IMG/VR virus record: IMGVR_UViG_3300025789_000822
Coordinates: 1-64,000 of that record
Direction: 5' to 3' (one strand)
Source of the DNA: a virus
Length of the DNA stretch: 64,000 bases
The notes beneath the pieces are model-generated. The model did not search any database. It was not told the DNA's origin and worked only from the letters and a program-made list of their open reading frames with translations. How positions within the stretch are numbered: position 1 is the first letter of the stretch; each line of letters begins with the position of its first letter. The position numbers and the translations under genes were made by a program. Shown piece by piece: positions 60,073 to 64,000 of this stretch.

Positions 60073-60078
60073 ATTGAT

Positions 60079-60106
60079 ATTGTAACATAACTGTAGGAAT
60101 AATCAA
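60079..60106 (-). promoter_or_regulatory. sigma70-type promoter, leaderless primase-helicase transcript
   Basis: TTGATT-16 nt-TACAAT with TGn. ATG lies 6 nt after the -10. Confidence 0.65.
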
Positions 60107-60120
60107 GTAATAAGGTAGAA

Positions 60121-60921
60121 TTATCTTGATAATACGTTGGTAACTTCGCCGCCGTTGCTATTGAACTGAACTCTAACAAATGGATGGAATCCTTTTACTA
60201 CATACCCATAAGTGCTACTATCGTTGCTGTAGTTTGCGCTGGCTAATATAGGATACCAATCTGTGTCTACTTGGGTAGAACCTTGAATAATGATGTTACC
60301 AGTATACTCACGCAGTTGTGTTTGGATAGTCAATACTGGATTATTGTCTGTACTGATAACGCTGGTATAATATGATGTGTTATTGCTTGTGCTATAAGGT
60401 TGATCATTGGCGTTGAATTGATATGTCAAGTTAGGGAATGGTTGACCTGTTGGAATTGATACATTTGCTGATGGTACAAACTTAGGTTTAATACTATCAA
60501 CAATATATAGATCCCCACGACCTCCCTGGTTTTGATCTACATACACAGGATAATTAAATGCACCAACAGGAATCTCTAATGTATAGTAGCATTTCTGTGC
60601 ACTAATACCAAACAATTCAGCAGGAGTAGTTTGTAATACCATGATTCCATTTGCAGGAAATACAGGTACCAAATAAGTTTGTAATAATGTTACTGAACCA
60701 GTAATGTCAATTGCTCTAAAAGTAATATTTGCTCCGGTTACATCCACTGGTTTTTGTTCTTGATTTAAGAATTGAAATTGAAGTTGATTATCAACACCTC
60801 TGTTAAGAGTAATTGGTCTAGAATATTGTGGCATATAATTCCTTGGCGAGTTACCTGATAGGAGTACAACTATCTGACGCGGTGTATAATAGAAAACTTG
60901 AGTTGAAAATGATGATAACAC
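60121..60921 (-). CDS. Virion structural protein (BppU-N-like beta domain)
   Basis: RGVDNQLQFQF.NQEQKPVDVTG..ITF, late promoter. Confidence 0.5.
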   Translation of the reverse strand: MLSSFSTQVFYYTPRQIVVLLSGNSPRNYMPQYSRPITLNRGVDNQLQFQFLNQEQKPVDVTGANITFRAIDITGSVTLLQTYLVPVFPANGIMVLQTTPAELFGISAQKCYYTLEIPVGAFNYPVYVDQNQGGRGDLYIVDSIKPKFVPSANVSIPTGQPFPNLTYQFNANDQPYSTSNNTSYYTSVISTDNNPVLTIQTQLREYTGNIIIQGSTQVDTDWYPILASANYSNDSSTYGYVVKGFHPFVRVQFNSNGGEVTNVLSR

Positions 60922-61011
60922 GCAAACATTGCTCCTTTGATGTATTTAGTCAAACTAAATATGAAAATATTAAGTATGGGTTTATCCGATTAAATAATAC
61001 AGAATAACAAT

Positions 61012-61389
61012 ATGAATCAAGATTTTTTCAAAAAACTAACTGAAAATCACCCTTTCATCACTATTTGTTCTTATGCCAATCAAGATTATGTTGGTATAAT
61101 TCAAAACCGTGATGACCTCGTGACCACAATGTATGACTATGGTTCTATTGTAGAATCTGACCTAAGAGCAAAGTTCTTAGAACTAGGAGATATTTGGTGG
61201 TGGGAAAGTAACAGAGCAATACCCATCAACTTGTTTCTTAGAACCGAGTGGATTGTATTCAAGCCCTATATTAGAACATTCAGCAACAAGAGTTTGAATA
61301 TCATTCATGGCCCTGTTGTTAGTATGACAGACTTCGCCAAGCGCAGGGGCAAGCGCAAATCAATTACACTTGTAAAGAAGATTCCTTAA
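61012..61389 (+). CDS. Hypothetical protein
   Basis: 125-aa ORF (WWWESNR.IPINLFL) after TAAATA at 60991-60996. Confidence 0.7.
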   Translation: MNQDFFKKLTENHPFITICSYANQDYVGIIQNRDDLVTTMYDYGSIVESDLRAKFLELGDIWWWESNRAIPINLFLRTEWIVFKPYIRTFSNKSLNIIHGPVVSMTDFAKRRGKRKSITLVKKIP

Positions 61390-61945
61390 GCAGATTCATA
61401 TGCACGACAACTAATTGTGCATAGGCAATCGCATGACTTTTTTTGAAACTATATCCAGTGTGATCCTTTTCCCACACACTTTCATTCACTTCTTTCCAAC
61501 TCTTACCGACCAAATGACGTTTAGCGGGTCTGATAACTGCTAAGAACATAGCAAGTCTTGGGATACTATTCACTGGTTCAGGCATCTTTTTAAGTGTGTC
61601 ATATTGCTGACCCAAGTGAATTAGTTTTTCAACGGTGTCCTTGTCATTTAACATTGACCAATCAGGCTCGCCCATCAACTCAATCAAATGTAATTCATCA
61701 CGTACTTGATTGTATATATGAACATTCAATAAGTCTAACTTAAAGTATCCACGTTTTTCTGCATCGGCGTAGTGCAAACTAGACATTTGATGTACAGGAT
61801 CGTATGGTATTTCTGTAACATAGACACCAGTGGGATGTTTACGGATAGGCGTTACATTACGCATACTTGCAGGGGTATGCTTAATCAATGATAAAATTTT
61901 ATCACGGTCACCTAAATCAATATCTACATCACTATCAATTATCAT
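61364..61945 (-). CDS. dnaE: DNA polymerase III alpha (family C), miniaturised catalytic palm/fingers fragment
   Basis: DSDVDID (PDxDxD), KHPTGV (HAxGV), GYFKLDLL (KxDxL), FLAVIRP (LxRPG), GYSFKKSHAIAY (GYxFNKSHxxAY). Confidence 0.88.
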   Translation of the reverse strand: MIIDSDVDIDLGDRDKILSLIKHTPASMRNVTPIRKHPTGVYVTEIPYDPVHQMSSLHYADAEKRGYFKLDLLNVHIYNQVRDELHLIELMGEPDWSMLNDKDTVEKLIHLGQQYDTLKKMPEPVNSIPRLAMFLAVIRPAKRHLVGKSWKEVNESVWEKDHTGYSFKKSHAIAYAQLVVVHMNLLKESSLQV

Positions 61946-62628
61946 AATACAAATATACCTTTTTCCTTAGCATTGATGATTTTTATTTCATCTGAATCAA
62001 TCAATTCATTTATCATATTATACAGGATTTTATTATTTTGTTCAGATAAATGGCAAGGTCTAGGATCAGGTTCGTTGGGTAAAGGTCTAGCAGTTTCATT
62101 GGTAGATACATGTACTAATCCAGTGATACATGATCCATGTATATTCGTCAATTGAATAGGTTTACTAATGTTAGAATCTTCTACCCCTTCAAAAGGAAGA
62201 ATATTAACTAGTTTAATGTTGTTTTCTTTACAGATTCTGTTAACGTCATCAAATATTTTTTGACTTAAATAGGTATCTAAATCTAAATCTTGTGTATAAC
62301 GTAATGCATCCCATACTGTTTTCATTTCTTCCATATCTGATTTAGGTAAAAATGCCTTTTGTGGGTTATCATCAAATAACATAAAAGCATAACGCTCTAG
62401 ATAATCAGGCAATGAATGTATTCTATGTGGCATAGTATAAACAAACACCACATGTGTATATTTCTTATAATTTTCTAAAAACTTTTTAAATGAGTTCCAA
62501 ACACTAGTGCCCGGTTGACCATAGTGATCCTCAGAATTTTTATGAATTAGTGCTGGCCAACTATTTTCAGACCAATCACTGCCATAATATGGATGAGCAT
62601 AACTATCACCGAACACACCTAATCTCAT
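61942..62628 (-). CDS. SGNH/GDSL-like protein
   Basis: VFGDSYA, SWP, G.PG.S, C-terminal CHLS..NN. Confidence 0.55.
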   Translation of the reverse strand: MRLGVFGDSYAHPYYGSDWSENSWPALIHKNSEDHYGQPGTSVWNSFKKFLENYKKYTHVVFVYTMPHRIHSLPDYLERYAFMLFDDNPQKAFLPKSDMEEMKTVWDALRYTQDLDLDTYLSQKIFDDVNRICKENNIKLVNILPFEGVEDSNISKPIQLTNIHGSCITGLVHVSTNETARPLPNEPDPRPCHLSEQNNKILYNMINELIDSDEIKIINAKEKGIFVL

Positions 62629-63185
62629 CTAGGTTCTACCAATCCAGCTTTCATCAATTTCATATATGCACGTTGTACTACAATTGCTTGATGTTCTGCG
62701 TCATCTACTGCCTTGTGACTTGTGACATGCTTACCGTCTTTAAGACTAACGCCTGCAATCTCGTATAATGTACGTGTGTCACGCATAGTCCAAAAGGGCC
62801 AGGGAATGGGATTTGGATTATCACTAGTTTGTCGCCATGCATTTTCCATAACCACTAAGTCAAAGGGCGCACCATTGCTCCATACTGCTTTTCGATTCCA
62901 ACAGAATTTGTAAAGAATTTCCATGCATTCTTTGAATGGCATTCTATCACGATCACCCATAGCCTCTTCGATTGCTTCTGGGCTTTGTTCACCCCACCAA
63001 CGTAGTGTATCGTCATTGATTCTACGATTGTAGATTTCTGTTTGATCCTCAATTGTTGGTCTGAGTTCTAATCGCTCTGCGATACCATTACCCTTGGGGT
63101 CAAATCTTACAGCACCGATAGTCAAGATAACACAATCAGGTGTAGTATCTAAACTCTCAATGTCAATCATAATGTCATTTGCCAT
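62625..63185 (-). CDS. DEDDh 3'-5' exonuclease
   Basis: IMIDIE, WSNG..FD, RDTRT, H.A.DDA. Confidence 0.85.
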   Translation of the reverse strand: MANDIMIDIESLDTTPDCVILTIGAVRFDPKGNGIAERLELRPTIEDQTEIYNRRINDDTLRWWGEQSPEAIEEAMGDRDRMPFKECMEILYKFCWNRKAVWSNGAPFDLVVMENAWRQTSDNPNPIPWPFWTMRDTRTLYEIAGVSLKDGKHVTSHKAVDDAEHQAIVVQRAYMKLMKAGLVEPR

Positions 63186-63187
63186 GT

Positions 63188-63469
63188 TTATCCAAACTTT
63201 AATATAAAAATTATGTATTTCTTTTCATCAACTATTTCAAACTTGTCCGTGATGTTGCCATCCATTGTGTTCAATTTGAAACCATAATTGTTTTCTACGT
63301 ATTCTTCAAAGTCGTATGCATCAAACTGTCCTGTTAGGACATCTAATGTTTCCATATATTCTTTGCGAATCTTTTTTAGTGATTCCCAATATTGAAATCG
63401 TTTCTTTCTGAATTCAATTTCAGGATCATTTTCATCATAATCCTTAAATGATTTTGGAATGTTACTCAT
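63188..63469 (-). CDS. Hypothetical protein
   Basis: 93-aa ORF within an operon. Confidence 0.6.
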   Translation of the reverse strand: MSNIPKSFKDYDENDPEIEFRKKRFQYWESLKKIRKEYMETLDVLTGQFDAYDFEEYVENNYGFKLNTMDGNITDKFEIVDEKKYIIFILKFG

Positions 63470-63998
63470 TGCTCTTCCAAATATTGTCCACTTGTCTTAC
63501 TTCATCAATTATATCTTTAGATAGATAATTAATCAATAGTACTGGGCGATTCTCATTAGTAGGATTTGGCATACTACTATGAAGTAGTCGGGTGTTATAT
63601 ATTAATGCATGACCTTTAAATACATCTGGTTGAGTAGAATTTTGCAAGAACCAAACATTGTGATCTCCGTTATAACACTGGTTTATATCAAAGTCCATTT
63701 TTTGACTGTGAGGTGCTATCCCAGTACCAGCATTTAGTTTGCCCATTTTATCTAATGGTACAATAACTTGTATACCCAGTAACCTTTTGTCAAAATTCCA
63801 TTTGCTAAACCTATGAGGGGTATCAATATGAGGACTAAGCCAAGTTGAGTTTGCGTTGATTGTGACAATATCACTGGAATACAATACTGCATTCTTTAGA
63901 TATTTGGTCACATACATATTGATATGATAATCAATCTTTTGCACTTCTAGCCAGTCTAAAACACTTTGACTCCACCAAACTGCAATGTCAGGCAGATT
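63462..63998 (-). CDS. 2OG-Fe(II) oxygenase (PhyH-like), 5' end beyond window
   Basis: PHIDTP (HxD), GT...P.S, LLHSS.PN, R..L.INY. Frame is open to the window edge. Confidence 0.78.
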   Translation of the reverse strand, partial: NLPDIAVWWSQSVLDWLEVQKIDYHINMYVTKYLKNAVLYSSDIVTINANSTWLSPHIDTPHRFSKWNFDKRLLGIQVIVPLDKMGKLNAGTGIAPHSQKMDFDINQCYNGDHNVWFLQNSTQPDVFKGHALIYNTRLLHSSMPNPTNENRPVLLINYLSKDIIDEVRQVDNIWKSNE

Positions 63999-64000
63999 TT

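Larger units (their letters stand above)
1065..60996. promoter_or_regulatory. Dispersed T4 gp55-type late promoters, core TAAATA (about 28 copies)
   Basis: Minus strand at 1065, 2105, 4889, 10555, 11287, 16829, 24639, 28439, 29520, 30340, 32325, 36071, 37981, 40341, 45849, 47411, 50489, 52318, 53434, 54377, 54905, 57693, 60943. Plus strand at 10573, 11345, 36127, 40402, 45883, 60991. Almost all lie just 5' of a gene start. Confidence 0.85.

Noticed and set aside
60870-60929. Short alternative-frame ORF MFACYHH... right after AGGAG
   Set aside because: SD-to-ATG spacing is only 2 nt. The GTG at 60921 has workable spacing and opens the long ORF.
14144-61945. Split-intein or intron explanation for the two dnaE pieces
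   Set aside because: There are no intein N- or C-terminal blocks (no C/S-start extension, no HN-C/S/T junction). No structured intron-like flanks are visible, and both genes abut normal neighbours.
298-63052. Numerous antisense or nested ORFs in the track (e.g. 298..726, 8857..9321, 25305..25691, 36582..37016, 55137..55529)
   Set aside because: They are shadows of well-supported genes on the other strand or frame, with no SD, promoter or recognisable motif.
1-64000. Stop-codon reassignment
   Set aside because: Genes are full-length and tightly packed under code 11. TAA, TAG and TGA all end genes at sensible points.

Overview
A 64-kb segment of a large AT-rich, T4-superfamily-like (jumbo-type) myovirus genome, gene-dense and mostly on the minus strand. 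Virion genes: tail sheath (1216 aa), tail tube and a tube-like paralogue, gp13/gp14/gp15-like neck and tail-terminator proteins, gp4-like head-completion nuclease, a probable small terminase, an Ig-domain baseplate protein, two long repeat-rich fibres, and many probable head-internal proteins with prohead-protease [ILV]xE sites. Lysis genes: a GH19 lysin and a 3TM holin-like protein. Replication and nucleotide genes: primase, DnaB/gp41 helicase, clamp loader, DEDDh and PD-(D/E)XK exonucleases, dNMP kinase, MazG, Nudix. Host-type auxiliary genes: clpA, dnaJ, groES, phoH, iscA, glycosyltransferases, three SGNH-like proteins and a 2OG-Fe(II) oxygenase. HNH and GIY-YIG homing endonucleases are also present. 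The most striking observation is a family-C DNA polymerase (DnaE) reduced to about 360 aa and split, with no intein, into two genes 47 kb apart, exactly between the FERFL and PDxDxD palm motifs. Other observations: leaderless transcription from both sigma70-type and TAAATA late promoters, structured 5' leaders, a probable ATT start codon, an FG-repeat membrane protein, head-packaged polyproteins, and a small beta-domain shared by four virion proteins. No tRNA, rRNA or CRISPR array was seen. All family calls come from motif recognition by eye, not from database searches.
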